A stretch of DNA of 32,000 nucleotides from Saccharolobus solfataricus (GCF_900079115.1 NZ_LT549890.1:960001-992000); one strand, 5' to 3'; shown: positions 7,526 to 16,357, numbered from the stretch's first letter. Numbers and translations are program-made. The notes: generated from the letters alone by a model not told the origin.

Positions 7526-8800
7526 TCAACTCAACTTATTTTGTTGAATTCGATTTATTAGATAATTTACAACTTCCTTAGCTTTATTTACTAGCGAAGA
7601 GGGCATGTAAATACTCTTTTTATTTAGTTCATCTTCATCTAATAATGCTATTTCTGAATCTCTAATTGCAATATCTATTTCTAGATCCAAATACCTTATT
7701 TTTCCTCTAAGTAATTCCGGTGGTGTTGATATATTAATGTAGACTCCCTTTAGTGAGTTATCTATACCACTATAATACTTATGTATCTGATACCACTTAT
7801 CAGAATTATATTCTACAATATCGTAATCACCCTCCTCTATCTTCTTACCTATACCATCTAGAATCCCGTTACCTTCAAACTCACGCCTAAGGACTATTCT
7901 ATATCCGTTATCGTTAACTTCCTTTTCAATTACCTTTCCACCTCTCAAATAAATTACCTTTCCATCAGCCTTAATGTGTTCAATTTTCAAGAAATCTGAG
8001 ATTAGCCCTTCCAATAATTTACCGAGAGAACCTTTCTTATCCTTTTCCAAAGAATCAACTTCCCTATTATAGCTTAACTTTAACATATGATGATACTTAA
8101 CAGTATCAACTACATTCTTTCTAACCTCATCTAAATACAGTTTATCCGGTAATGAAAGAGTTATTAAATAAAAATCCTCTCCTTGATCTCTGAACTCCCT
8201 ATTTTCATACCTTAATATTAACCTTTCTAGATCCTCTTTCAATTCATTTAATGCGACATACTTTGCATTACTTCTCCACTTTACATTATATCCTTTTCTA
8301 TTAAGAGGTAAACTCAAGGTTAATAGCCTCATTTTTTCTTCCTCATCAACGATGTGCTCTGAAAAAGTAGTTATTCCCTTCCCTCTCCATACAATAGCGT
8401 ATTTACTTACGGCCTTAGTTTCACTTAGTATTATTTTTCCGTCATAAGGTGGTTTTATAACGATTCCCTCTCTCAAGCAAGGTTCTACTTTAAAGTTAGC
8501 GTAAGTGCAACTTTCGTCTATTTCTATTACCGAGTATAGTTTAACTGGGCTTCTCCAATGGAATGAGTATTTAAAAACGTTACGTAAGTCATCTTCTATA
8601 ATTCCATTTCCCATTACGATGATCTTGCCTCTATCATCCTCAAAATCCTTTATTGTGATATCAGCTGATAAGTTATTAATTTCTTGCATAAATCGTTCTG
8701 ATATTTCCACAGATTGTTGTACAATTTCGTATGAAAGAGAGGAAAAAATTGACGTTAATGCTGTAGCGTAGATTCCCCTTATTCTAACTCTTCCTTTCAT
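7526..8800 (-). CDS. fau-1: FAU-1 / RNase E-G-like RNA-binding protein (DUF402 family)
   Basis: The N-terminus 'MKGRVRIRGIYATALTSIF' is the characteristic start of archaeal FAU-1 proteins, and the length of about 420 aa fits. Confidence 0.7.
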   Translation of the reverse strand: MKGRVRIRGIYATALTSIFSSLSYEIVQQSVEISERFMQEINNLSADITIKDFEDDRGKIIVMGNGIIEDDLRNVFKYSFHWRSPVKLYSVIEIDESCTYANFKVEPCLREGIVIKPPYDGKIILSETKAVSKYAIVWRGKGITTFSEHIVDEEEKMRLLTLSLPLNRKGYNVKWRSNAKYVALNELKEDLERLILRYENREFRDQGEDFYLITLSLPDKLYLDEVRKNVVDTVKYHHMLKLSYNREVDSLEKDKKGSLGKLLEGLISDFLKIEHIKADGKVIYLRGGKVIEKEVNDNGYRIVLRREFEGNGILDGIGKKIEEGDYDIVEYNSDKWYQIHKYYSGIDNSLKGVYINISTPPELLRGKIRYLDLEIDIAIRDSEIALLDEDELNKKSIYMPSSLVNKAKEVVNYLINRIQQNKLS

Positions 8801-11351
8801 TTTCTAAGAATTTCTCGAGCACATAATTTAATATTCCTCCTTTCTTAACATACATTAGTTCAACGTTATTATCTATTCTTGCAACTCCCTTAGTAGTTAT
8901 TTTCTCGCCATTAGATTTTACGAACTCTATGGTTAATTCCTTTTTGGGTTTGAGATCCTTAATACCCTTTATGTTAACAGTCTCATCTCCCTTTATTCCC
9001 AAGTCTCTCCAGTCTGGAATTTGTATAGGTATTACACCCATAGCTACTAAGTTACTCCTATGTATCCTCTCAAAACTTTCTGCTAAGACAGCTTTGACTC
9101 CTAACAATTTAGTCACTTTTGCCGCCCAATCTCTTGAACTTCCACTTCCATACTGTTTACCAGCTACTATTACTAGAGGTACACCTTCCTTTTTATACTG
9201 CATTGCCACTTCATACACACTAGCTATCTTTCTATCTGGGAAGTGGACAGTATACCCTCCTTCTTTTTCCACTAATAGGTTCTTCATCTTAGGATTGAAG
9301 AATCCTCCTCTTAACATTACTTCATGGTTGCCTCTTCTAGCACCATAGGTATTTAGATCGCTCACACCAAATTGCTTTAAGTATAATCCTGCGGGTGAAT
9401 CTGGAGTAATTGGTCCAGCTGGCGAAATATGATCAGTAGTTATCTTGTCTCCCAGTAGTAAAAGTATTCTAGCGTTAGTTATATCATCTAACTCCTCTTG
9501 TTTTTCTTCACTGTACCATGGGGGCAGCCTTATGTAGGTAGACTTCTCATCCCAACTATATATGTCTCCTTGTGGTGTCTTTAATGAGTTCCATAATTCG
9601 TTTCCTTCAAAGATGTTGGAATTCCTTTTATATAATTCTGGTTTTAAGGCCATGTTCACGTAAGCTTTTATCTCCTTTAAAGAAGGCCAGATGTCTCTTA
9701 AATATACTGGTTTCCCATTAGGATCAAATCCTATAGGCTCATTGTAGAAATCTATATCAATTCTCCCTGCTAATGCATAAGCAACTACTAATATCGGAGA
9801 GGCTAGAAAAGTACCCTTTAGTAGCGGGTTTATTCTACCTTCAAAATTCCTATTTCCACTAATTACCGCATAGGTCTCGATACCGTTTTCCTTAATGTCT
9901 TCCTCCACATATTTTGGTAAAGGTCCTGCATTGCCTATACACGTAGTACATCCGAAGCCAACTAAGTGAAAACCTAAGGCCTCTAAATATGGTAGTAACC
10001 CTGTTTCCTTTAAGTACTCAGCTACAACCGGTGATCCAGGTGCAGTACTCGTTTTGATGTAGGGAGGTACTCTTAATCCCATCTCAACAGCCTTTTTAGC
10101 CAAGATACCTGCACCCAACATTACAGTAGGGTTAGAAGTATTTGTACAGCTGGTAATTGCAGCCAAAACTACAGCGTTATCCTCAACATATTTGCCCTTT
10201 TTCTTCTTCTCTTTGCTCAGTTTTCCTTTAACTTCTCTTAAGCTGATTCTCTCATCAGGGTTTCTAGGTCCCGCAATTGCCGGTTCAATCTTACTTAAAT
10301 CCACTTCTACTATATCACTATATCTTATCTTCCTAGAATCGTCATAAAATAGTTCTTGTAACTGGGCGTATTTCTTAACGAATTCTCCATCTCTGTTTGT
10401 GAGTTCAAGATAGCTTACCGTTACATCATCAATCGGGAAGTACGCTGCTGTTGCACCATACTCTGGTGCCATATTAGCTATGGTCGCCCTATCCGGTACT
10501 GAAAGTAATGATAAGGATGGTCCGAAGAATTCAACAAATTTACTTACGACGTTCTTTTTCCTTAATAACTCTGTAATGTAAAGAACCACATCAGTAGGAG
10601 TTACCCCTTCTTGAATTTCTCCAGTTAATCTCACACCTATTACCTCTGGTACATTAAGGTAGTATGGTTCTCCTAAAAGTACAGCCTCTGCTTCTAATCC
10701 GCCAACACCCCATCCTAGGATTCCCAGACCTTCAATCATAGTAGTGTGAGAATCTGTCCCAATTATTACCTCTGGAAACGCTGTTAATAAACCTTTGACT
10801 TCAGCCTTTGCGACTACAGTACTTAGGTACTCTAAGTTTACTTGATGAATTATACCCTTACCTGGAGGAACTATTCTTAAGTTCCTAAAAGCACCTTGAG
10901 CCCATTTTAAAAACTGATATCTTTCTAAATTTCTTTCAAATTCTTTTTTCATATTAAACTCTAGCGAGTAAACTGTGCCATAATAGTCAACTTGTACTGA
11001 GTGATCTATAACTAGGTCAGCAGGGACCACTGGGTTAATCATTTTGGGATCCCTTTTCAGTTGAATCATCTTCTCCCTCATCGCAGCTAAATCCACTAGT
11101 AAGGGAACTCCAGTGTAATCTTGCATTACAACTCTAGTTGGCATAAAAGCTAATTCCTCTCCTATTTTCCATTTTGTTATATTCTCAAGATCTTCCTCTG
11201 TAATTTTACTCCCATCTAGATTTCTGTATACATTTTCGATAAGTATTCTTATCGAATAGGGTAGATCACTTATTTTGTAACCTTTCTCTTCCAATTCTTT
11301 TAAGGGATAATAATATATCTCTGAGCCTTTGTATGAAAATTTATTTGGCAT
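8784..11351 (-). CDS. acnA: Aconitate hydratase (aconitase A type)
   Basis: 855 aa. Contains 'MQDYTGVP', 'IGTDSHTTM', 'AITSCTNTSNP', 'GCTTCIGNAG' and 'GSGSSRDWAAK', i.e. the Fe-S cluster cysteines and the aconitase swivel domain. Confidence 0.95.
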   Translation of the reverse strand: MPNKFSYKGSEIYYYPLKELEEKGYKISDLPYSIRILIENVYRNLDGSKITEEDLENITKWKIGEELAFMPTRVVMQDYTGVPLLVDLAAMREKMIQLKRDPKMINPVVPADLVIDHSVQVDYYGTVYSLEFNMKKEFERNLERYQFLKWAQGAFRNLRIVPPGKGIIHQVNLEYLSTVVAKAEVKGLLTAFPEVIIGTDSHTTMIEGLGILGWGVGGLEAEAVLLGEPYYLNVPEVIGVRLTGEIQEGVTPTDVVLYITELLRKKNVVSKFVEFFGPSLSLLSVPDRATIANMAPEYGATAAYFPIDDVTVSYLELTNRDGEFVKKYAQLQELFYDDSRKIRYSDIVEVDLSKIEPAIAGPRNPDERISLREVKGKLSKEKKKKGKYVEDNAVVLAAITSCTNTSNPTVMLGAGILAKKAVEMGLRVPPYIKTSTAPGSPVVAEYLKETGLLPYLEALGFHLVGFGCTTCIGNAGPLPKYVEEDIKENGIETYAVISGNRNFEGRINPLLKGTFLASPILVVAYALAGRIDIDFYNEPIGFDPNGKPVYLRDIWPSLKEIKAYVNMALKPELYKRNSNIFEGNELWNSLKTPQGDIYSWDEKSTYIRLPPWYSEEKQEELDDITNARILLLLGDKITTDHISPAGPITPDSPAGLYLKQFGVSDLNTYGARRGNHEVMLRGGFFNPKMKNLLVEKEGGYTVHFPDRKIASVYEVAMQYKKEGVPLVIVAGKQYGSGSSRDWAAKVTKLLGVKAVLAESFERIHRSNLVAMGVIPIQIPDWRDLGIKGDETVNIKGIKDLKPKKELTIEFVKSNGEKITTKGVARIDNNVELMYVKKGGILNYVLEKFLENERKS

Positions 11352-11440
11352 ATATAAACAGACTCATTCAAAGCAAAAAAATTAGTTTATAAAACGATTG
11401 TCAGTGTTAAAGATATTTACGCTACATAATAGTATTATAT

Positions 11441-12169
11441 GTGAGCGAGATTTTAGAGATCTGCAAGAAAGTTAAACTACTTGCGTATTTTGGATCGTAC
11501 ACAAGGCAAGAGGATTTCGTAGAGGGTATCTCAGATATAAACGTTTTCCTCATATCTGAGGATAAATACTTAATACTAGAGCTTGCGAGTTTAGGCTATT
11601 CTCCAATTGAACTTTCTGAAAAGAGTTTCATAGATCTATGTGAGAAAGGTGATCCAATCTGTTATTATTTGCTTTACGATTCTAACGTAGTCTGTGGTCA
11701 ATTTCCTAAGAGCGTTAAATTCAATTTAAATGACTTTACATGTGAAAGGATTAGAAGATCAATTTTTCCCCTCTTATCATTATCAGTTTCAAGTTTTTTA
11801 AGGCAAGATGAGATTTCCGCTGTTTCAAACTCCTTTAGGGCTTTGAGAAGTATTATACAATGGAGATCGTGTACTGATCTAAAGACTATTCCATTAAGGA
11901 ATGATGACTTGAGGGATAGATGTAGAGAACTAAATCTTTCAATATGTAACGAATTTTCAGATATAGTGTTAATTAGACGTAGGAAAGCCCCACTATCGTT
12001 ATGGAGTTTGGACAAGATAGTTGAGGCTATCTGTAGCGAGTTAAAAATCAGCTGTACTAAGCCATCTAAAATTTTACAAGTAGTTAAGAATCCTATACAA
12101 GTTACATACAAAGAAGATGGTAGGGTTACGGTAAAGGATAGCTTAAATAGGGAAACGAAGATAGCATAA
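11441..12169 (+). CDS. Nucleotidyltransferase-domain protein (minimal NTase fold + helical C-terminal domain)
   Basis: GTG start. 'LLAYFGSYTRQEDFVEGISDINVFLI' fits the G-S-x(n)-[DE]-x-D pattern of pol-beta-type nucleotidyltransferases. Confidence 0.55.
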   Translation: MSEILEICKKVKLLAYFGSYTRQEDFVEGISDINVFLISEDKYLILELASLGYSPIELSEKSFIDLCEKGDPICYYLLYDSNVVCGQFPKSVKFNLNDFTCERIRRSIFPLLSLSVSSFLRQDEISAVSNSFRALRSIIQWRSCTDLKTIPLRNDDLRDRCRELNLSICNEFSDIVLIRRRKAPLSLWSLDKIVEAICSELKISCTKPSKILQVVKNPIQVTYKEDGRVTVKDSLNRETKIA

Positions 12170-12203
12170 AATTTTTTACTGTAAAATGATATTATAGTAA
12201 TTG

Positions 12204-12668
12204 ATGAGCGAAGAGATTAACCGTGATATGGAAAGAGCAGAAGAATATGAACAAACAACAACTAGGGTTTCTGTGTTAGGTCAAAATAGATTTGAATTAA
12301 GTACTGGGCTCATTATTGCTGCTAGATACGCAGATAAGTTAAGAAGAGTAGCATTAGTAGCATTTAGTAAGATAGCTCCTAAGGAAGTTATTATTAGGGA
12401 TGTGAGTGAGCTGAATAAGCAGTTATATACTAAAATTGTTGAGGAGATGAAGCTAGGTAAATTAGATGTTATTAGAATATCAGTAGATGCTGAATATGAT
12501 GATCGAAATAAAAAATTAATTTTTAGTAATTTACGAATCTTGAGATATATTACTGAAGAACAGTGTGGGGAGAAGTATAAGGATATCATAAGTGAGAATG
12601 AAAGATTAAAAGGAGAAATTTTAGAATTAAAGAAAAAATTAGAGGATATATTATCCCTTTTAAAGTAA
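12204..12668 (+). CDS. hypothetical protein with C-terminal coiled coil
   Basis: ORF 12201..12668 (TTG), with an ATG at 12204. The C-terminus 'ENERLKGEILELKKKLEDILSLLK' is heptad-like. No family recognised. Confidence 0.5.
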   Translation: MSEEINRDMERAEEYEQTTTRVSVLGQNRFELSTGLIIAARYADKLRRVALVAFSKIAPKEVIIRDVSELNKQLYTKIVEEMKLGKLDVIRISVDAEYDDRNKKLIFSNLRILRYITEEQCGEKYKDIISENERLKGEILELKKKLEDILSLLK

Positions 12669-12675
12669 AAAACAA

Positions 12676-12972
12676 TTACCCTTTTATTATCCCTATTATG
12701 AATCCTATAATGAATGTTATGGAAGTATATGGAATTACAGATTTCAAGTTCTCTGCGCTCGAAATTACTGAAGGTAATTTTGCCGATAATGTATGTAAGA
12801 AGTTTATTACATCTTGAGGCGTTATGTAACCGACTGCGATTAGTATTATAACGATGGCAAGTAGTATGAGGCCTATTTGTATAATCTTTTTTACTAAAAA
12901 ACCTATTAGTAACCCCAACAAAAATGCTATAATAATTGAAACTATTCCGCTAGTAGTCAATATTGGTAACAT
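12676..12972 (-). CDS. small integral membrane protein (98 aa, ~3 TM)
   Basis: Strongly hydrophobic stretches: 'IVSIIIAFLLGLLIGFLV', 'IGLILLAIVIILIAVGYI', 'ITFIIGFIIGIIKG'. Confidence 0.5.
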   Translation of the reverse strand: MLPILTTSGIVSIIIAFLLGLLIGFLVKKIIQIGLILLAIVIILIAVGYITPQDVINFLHTLSAKLPSVISSAENLKSVIPYTSITFIIGFIIGIIKG

Positions 12973-13025
12973 ACTAAGTATATTTTATAATCAAACTTAT
13001 AACTCTGTATGGAGTAGCATGAGAT

Positions 13026-13325
13026 ATGAAAGTTGTAAAGTACAATTTGAAGGCTAAGATTGAAAGAGCTGGGAGAGATCCTATAACCATAGAGAGGAAA
13101 TTCAGAAAATTAGTTAATGCAAGAAAGTTTATAGATGAAGTAGTAGGAGAAGATCAAGTAAAGTGTACTCCATTAAGTAAGTCTGAGACTTTAATTACTA
13201 AGCAGTGTGAAGGTGATCAAGTAAAGTACTTCTTCGAAATTACTATAGAGAGGATCAAGAAACCAAAGAAGGAGGAAAAGCCGGAGAAAGAGGAAAAGAA
13301 ACAAGAACAAGGAACTACTCCTTAA
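13026..13325 (+). CDS. hypothetical protein with K/E-rich tail
   Basis: 99-aa ORF with tail 'KKPKKEEKPEKEEKKQEQGTTP'. No family recognised. Confidence 0.4.
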   Translation: MKVVKYNLKAKIERAGRDPITIERKFRKLVNARKFIDEVVGEDQVKCTPLSKSETLITKQCEGDQVKYFFEITIERIKKPKKEEKPEKEEKKQEQGTTP

Positions 13326-13507
13326 TCACCGTAATGTACTCTAGTTTCTCTTAACCATTTCCTAAAGCAAGATTTAGAACAAAATAAATAAGCCTTATTT
13401 TTATGTACTAAAATAAACTCAGCGTACTCTACCTCTTTCCCACACTGAGTACAAGTACCAAAATTAGGAATAGATAAAATTTGTCTTATAGACTTGAATT
13501 CAGCCAT
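13322..13507 (-). CDS. TRASH/YHS-type metal-binding zinc-ribbon protein (61 aa)
   Basis: C-x2-C-x20-C-x3-C pattern ('CTQCGKEV...KAYLFCSKSCFRKW'), the TRASH/YHS signature. Lies 25 nt downstream of, and co-directional with, wHTH regulator R1. Confidence 0.65.
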   Translation of the reverse strand: MAEFKSIRQILSIPNFGTCTQCGKEVEYAEFILVHKNKAYLFCSKSCFRKWLRETRVHYGD

Positions 13508-13532
13508 ATGATATAGTTTTGCTGAAAAAGGT

Positions 13533-13916
13533 TTAAATGACTATTTCTAATGCGGTGTGCTTCTGTAATGCCTCTTTAACAGTTCCTGCAAGTTTTTCTA
13601 GATCTGCCTCCAATTTCCTATATAATCTCTCTTTTTCTACCCAGTATATGTAGTTTGGTCTTCCTTTTCTTTCCTCTTTTTCAGCTGGAGCCTTTTCCCT
13701 CTGTATTAAGCCCTTGTCAAGTAAGTTATTTAGTGCCTTGCTTATAGACGCTTTAGTTACATTTAATTTCTGGGAGAGATCATCAGTAGTCATCTTTCCA
13801 TTTTGTAGTAGTATGTGTAATACTTCTACATCGCTTTTAGATAGACCGTACATGAATGCTATGAAATCGTGTATATCTACTTCCCTTCCATCAGGGAACC
13901 TTACTTTTTCAGCCAT
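13533..13916 (-). CDS. small winged-helix transcription regulator (MarR/TrmB/Lrs14-like), paralogue R1
   Basis: HTH 'TTDDLSQKLNVTKASISKALNNLLDKGLI' followed by wing 'KGRPNYIYW'. Clearly paralogous to the ORFs at 17325..17702 and 18178..18513. Confidence 0.75.
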   Translation of the reverse strand: MAEKVRFPDGREVDIHDFIAFMYGLSKSDVEVLHILLQNGKMTTDDLSQKLNVTKASISKALNNLLDKGLIQREKAPAEKEERKGRPNYIYWVEKERLYRKLEADLEKLAGTVKEALQKHTALEIVI

Positions 13917-13963
13917 TTGTTTTTCACCATATATCTATTTAGCTTACTTACTTAAAAAAGTCG

Positions 13964-14001
13964 TGTATATCTAAATATACATTTGTGTATAAAAGTATAC
14001 A
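13964..14001. promoter_or_regulatory. two adjacent palindromes (candidate operators) in the R1 divergent promoter
   Basis: TGTATAT-ctaa-ATATACA (13964-13981) and TGTATA-aaag-TATACA (13986-14001). A further identical 13-mer, TCGTGTATATCTA, occurs at 13867-13879 (inside the R1 5' coding region) and at 13961-13973. Confidence 0.45.
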
Positions 14002-14118
14002 AATATATTTCAAATATACTCTATGAAAGCTTATTATTACGATAAACTCCATTAATGGTCAAATATAAATATTCATAATAAATACTGTTAAATATTTTCG
14101 TGAAGAGATATAATATAT

Positions 14119-14439
14119 ATGCGTTACTCCACATATTGTGAAGATGGATATATTAATATCGTTCCGGCTCTTAAGGTTGCGTTAATAATTAGTTTGCTAA
14201 GTAAGGGCCAACCACTTCGAGAGGCTTGCAGATGTGTTAACATGTCGATTACTGCGTATGAGAGACATAAGAAGGATAGTGTGGAAAAGATCCAGAAAAT
14301 CAGAGAAGACAAAGAAATTAGTCAAATGATCGATTCTTTGTCCTCGAGAATAATTAATAAGGAGAAAATAGATCCAATGCTGTTCTGTCTAGTTTGTAGT
14401 AAGTCACGAAGGTTATTTAACTTACCAGTATGTTTTTAA
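14119..14439 (+). CDS. hypothetical small protein, possible HTH, Cys-rich C-terminus
   Basis: 106-aa ORF. 'PLREACRCVNMSITAYERH' is HTH-like, and the C-terminus is 'CLVCSKSRRLFNLPVCF'. Its stop lies 4 nt before the MFS gene start. Confidence 0.4.
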   Translation: MRYSTYCEDGYINIVPALKVALIISLLSKGQPLREACRCVNMSITAYERHKKDSVEKIQKIREDKEISQMIDSLSSRIINKEKIDPMLFCLVCSKSRRLFNLPVCF

Positions 14440-14443
14440 AACT

Positions 14444-15580
14444 GTGAAAGCGAAGAGAGTAATTTTTCTCTCAGCATCCTCATTTTTTCTCTCCTATTTT
14501 TCCAGAGTGACTTGGAGTATTGTAGCGCCTCTTTCTACGTTAAAAACTACTACTACTGAAGATAGTATAATATTTGCACTTTTCTTCTTGGGCTATATTC
14601 TAGTCCAAATTCCTTCTGGGATGTTAGCAGATCGTATTTCTGCAAATCACCTACTTTTCCTCTCTTTATTAGGTGTGGCAATTACGTCGTTTATCTCATC
14701 GACTTTTCCTCTCATTATGCTTGAATATGTCGCCAGTTTTCTAATGGGTTTTTCAGCTGGATGGATTTATCCTATTACAGTAAAACTCTTGAGTGCATCC
14801 TTTGATAGCAGAGACTTACCGATTGCCATGAGTATTTACAGTATATCTTGGCCTTTATCCATCGTAGCTTCGGGAGTTATAATACCCTTTTTAGCTTTAA
14901 CATTTGGTTGGGAGTTCTCGTTCTATTTTATAACTGCACTTTCTATAATTTTAGGTATTTTAGCTCTCCTCTATCTTCCTTCCTTGAAGTTATCTAAAAG
15001 TATAATTAAATTTAAGGATGTGGTTAAGGATAAAAACTCCATATATATCTCAGTTGGAGGTTTTTTATTCTATTTAACATATTGGATCCTTGTTCTATAT
15101 CTTTACAAGTATTTACTTAGTGTAGTCGGAAACGAATACACGGCGGGTATCATTTACTCATTCACTGCATTAACTGGAATTTTCTCTACTATTCTAGCTG
15201 GTTATATAATAAAATCTTTAGGTGTTAAAAGGACTTTTCTATCGTTTATTACTCTCTATAGTTTTTCGTTACTCCTTTTTTCGTTTTCAAAAAATGTGAT
15301 AGTTATTGGTATTGACGCATTAGCCTTAGGTTTCTTTAGGTTCGTTATAACGCCAACAAGCTCTACAGCAGTTGCTGTAATCGGAGGAAAAGAAAGGAGT
15401 GGTAGTGTAACTGGCCTTGCTAACTTCTTTTGGCAATTTAGCGGTATAGTTGGGTCCATAATTGCTCCTCTTCTAATAAACTTATTTACTTATACATATT
15501 TGTGGACTTTTGTTAGCGTGTTTTCTTTTCTTTCTTTAATTTTTTACTATAAACTTAAATTTATGAGAGATTATCTTTAA
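14444..15580 (+). CDS. Major facilitator superfamily (MFS) transporter
   Basis: 378 aa with about 12 hydrophobic segments. The loop motif 'GMLADRIS' fits the MFS G-x-x-x-D-R-x-G-R-type signature after TM2. GTG start. Confidence 0.75.
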   Translation: MKAKRVIFLSASSFFLSYFSRVTWSIVAPLSTLKTTTTEDSIIFALFFLGYILVQIPSGMLADRISANHLLFLSLLGVAITSFISSTFPLIMLEYVASFLMGFSAGWIYPITVKLLSASFDSRDLPIAMSIYSISWPLSIVASGVIIPFLALTFGWEFSFYFITALSIILGILALLYLPSLKLSKSIIKFKDVVKDKNSIYISVGGFLFYLTYWILVLYLYKYLLSVVGNEYTAGIIYSFTALTGIFSTILAGYIIKSLGVKRTFLSFITLYSFSLLLFSFSKNVIVIGIDALALGFFRFVITPTSSTAVAVIGGKERSGSVTGLANFFWQFSGIVGSIIAPLLINLFTYTYLWTFVSVFSFLSLIFYYKLKFMRDYL

Positions 15581-15908
15581 GATCTAAGCTCATTCGTTCC
15601 ACTTCTGCGGAGGAAAGCGTATCAAGTATCTTTCTCATATAAGCTTTCACAAAATAGTATATCTTATATTTTCGAAATATCTCATCTTCTTTTTCCACTA
15701 CTTGACTTAAATAATCTTCAGGGTGATATTTAACTACCTTAAATTTCTTTCCCTCAACCTCGATTTCATTAGGAACGTTTAATGTAGTAACCAGAAGTAT
15801 CTCACTACTATTTATTCCGGCAAGGTAAACGTAAAACTTATCAACCTTATCTAATGCGCTTAACAGTATTTCTTTATCATCTAACAACTCTTTTTGCCTC
15901 CTCCTCAA
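15561..15908 (-). CDS. hypothetical protein coupled to lbpA (108-115 aa)
   Basis: The ORF starts at TTG 15908. An alternative TTG at 15887 is preceded by AGGAGGAGG (15905-15897, minus strand) with a 9-nt spacer. It overlaps the lbpA 3' end. Confidence 0.45.
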   Translation of the reverse strand: MRRRQKELLDDKEILLSALDKVDKFYVYLAGINSSEILLVTTLNVPNEIEVEGKKFKVVKYHPEDYLSQVVEKEDEIFRKYKIYYFVKAYMRKILDTLSSAEVERMSLDLKDNLS

Positions 15909-16299
15909 ATTGTTTGTATACCTCTTGAATTGGTTTGAAAGTTCTTTTTATAATATCCATATCCTCTACCCTTATCTTAACTATCCAACTATCATAGGGT
16001 CTTTCATTAATTATTGAAGGGTTTTTTACTACTTCTTCATTTACGTCAAAGACTTCACCCTCTATTGGCAACCTAAACTTACCTATCCACTTTGCACTTT
16101 CAATAGAGAAGAGCACGCTTCTTCCATTTACTTTCTCACCTTTCTGCTTTGCCGTAACTTGGAATATTTTACCAGCCATATATTGTCCTAGATCAGTGAC
16201 ACCTATACTAACTACACTATTATCCTCTATTCTTACCCACACATGTTTTTCAGGTTCATAAAGTAAATCGTCAGGGAATGTAAAACCTAGGATCTTCAT
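15877..16299 (-). CDS. lbpA: Glycine-cleavage-H-like lipoate-binding protein (LbpA of sHdr systems)
   Basis: 140 aa with a GcvH fold pattern: 'EKHVWVR...VSIGVTDLGQ' and the lipoyl-lysine motif 'SIESAKWIG'. Located in an hdr/dsrE/tusA/lplA neighbourhood. Confidence 0.85.
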   Translation of the reverse strand: MKILGFTFPDDLLYEPEKHVWVRIEDNSVVSIGVTDLGQYMAGKIFQVTAKQKGEKVNGRSVLFSIESAKWIGKFRLPIEGEVFDVNEEVVKNPSIINERPYDSWIVKIRVEDMDIIKRTFKPIQEVYKQFEEEAKRVVR

Positions 16300-16322
16300 A
16301 AATATTTGACATATTTTTAAGC

Positions 16323-16333
16323 TTATAAACTTT
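16323..16333 (-). promoter_or_regulatory. BRE/TATA-like motif AAAGTTTATAA upstream of lbpA
   Basis: The reverse complement of 16323-16333 reads AAAGTTTATAA. The TATA centre is about 27 nt upstream of the lbpA ATG (16299). The same 11-mer precedes hdrC1 and hdrB1. Confidence 0.55.
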
Positions 16334-16341
16334 ATTTAGTA

Positions 16342-16357
16342 AACCATAATTATGGTT
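16342..16357. promoter_or_regulatory. perfect 16-bp palindrome AACCATAATTATGGTT
   Basis: Read directly. It spans the ATG (16352) of the HAD-like gene and lies 8 nt beyond the lbpA BRE/TATA motif. Confidence 0.35.

Noticed and set aside
8929-9348. 139-aa plus-strand ORF inside aconitase. Similar antisense or shadow ORFs lie at 1158..1511, 8505..8771, 11698..12111, 12281..12589, 12854..13057, 13714..13974, 14124..14312, 15256..15459, 17347..17586, 17907..18128, 19789..20124, 21809..21991, 23410..23682, 26831..27136, 26850..27041, 27805..28116, 28037..28237, 28188..28448, 28557..28748, 29509..29829, 30024..30215, 30288..30602, 31125..31478 and 31661..31912
   Set aside because: Each is wholly or mostly embedded antisense in a longer ORF with clear family motifs. 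Their translations are Ser/Leu/Ile-rich with no motifs. They are typical shadow ORFs of AT-rich genomes.
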